Source: a virus
Strand: one strand, 5' to 3'
Length of the DNA: 37,482 nucleotides
IMG/VR virus record: IMGVR_UViG_3300045988_038410
How positions within the stretch are numbered: position 1 is the first letter of the stretch; every line of letters starts with the position of its first letter. The translations under genes and the position numbers were made by a program. A model generated the notes under the pieces. The model searched no databases. It worked only from the letters and a program-made list of their open reading frames with translations, and had not been told where the DNA came from. Of the stretch, positions 37,469 through 37,482 are shown in pieces.

Positions 37469-37482
37469 AGGTTATGCCCCTT
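37428..37482. repeat. Terminal overlap copy 2 (identical to 1-55)
   Basis: Exact 55-nt identity with the window start. Confidence 0.97.

Noticed and set aside
1-37482. CRISPR array, diversity-generating retroelement or other reverse-transcriptase-based system
   Set aside because: No regularly spaced repeat-spacer array was seen, and no ORF carries RT motifs (YxDD). I also saw no template/variable repeat pair near the fibre genes by eye. A computed self-alignment would be needed to exclude short TR/VR pairs.

Overview
The window is a complete, circularly closed temperate phage genome. Bases 1-55 are identical to 37428-37482, so the unit length is 37,427 bp. It is siphovirus-like with an HK97-type head module. 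Composition (about 60% GC) and protein flavour suggest a Clostridia-type Firmicutes host; that host call is inference only. Nearly all genes lie on the minus strand and are tightly coupled, often by ATGA or ATGGCTGA overlaps.

Gene order, read along the minus strand:
- Cro-like early operon, with Xis-like and XRE regulators
- replisome organizer, DnaB, ParA and a DUF3102 protein
- methyltransferase, a PAPS-reductase-like protein and a DUF4406 protein
- a block of small Cys-rich early proteins
- an HUH Rep-like gene and a Cys-rich KTR gene
- HNH, terminase, portal, protease and capsid
- neck, tail, tape measure, Dit/Tal and fibre proteins
- holins and amidase
- a 3-gene cassette next to attP

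The plus strand carries the lysogeny module: a CI-like repressor, a HIRAN + FtsK-gamma membrane protein, a membrane-anchored HTH protein and a tyrosine integrase reading toward attP. The attP core looks like the 3' part of a tRNA-Pro(GGG) gene.

The most interesting items are:
- the repressor-side HIRAN/FtsK-gamma/tail-anchor protein
- the attP-proximal 3-gene cassette of unknown function
- an HUH-Rep/KTR module that looks nested in the phage
- an early gene interrupted by one in-frame TAG
- an apparent TerS-TerL fusion
- an intragenic ori-like repeat array
- a very clean 4-operator genetic switch

All family assignments come from motifs read by eye. No database search was run.
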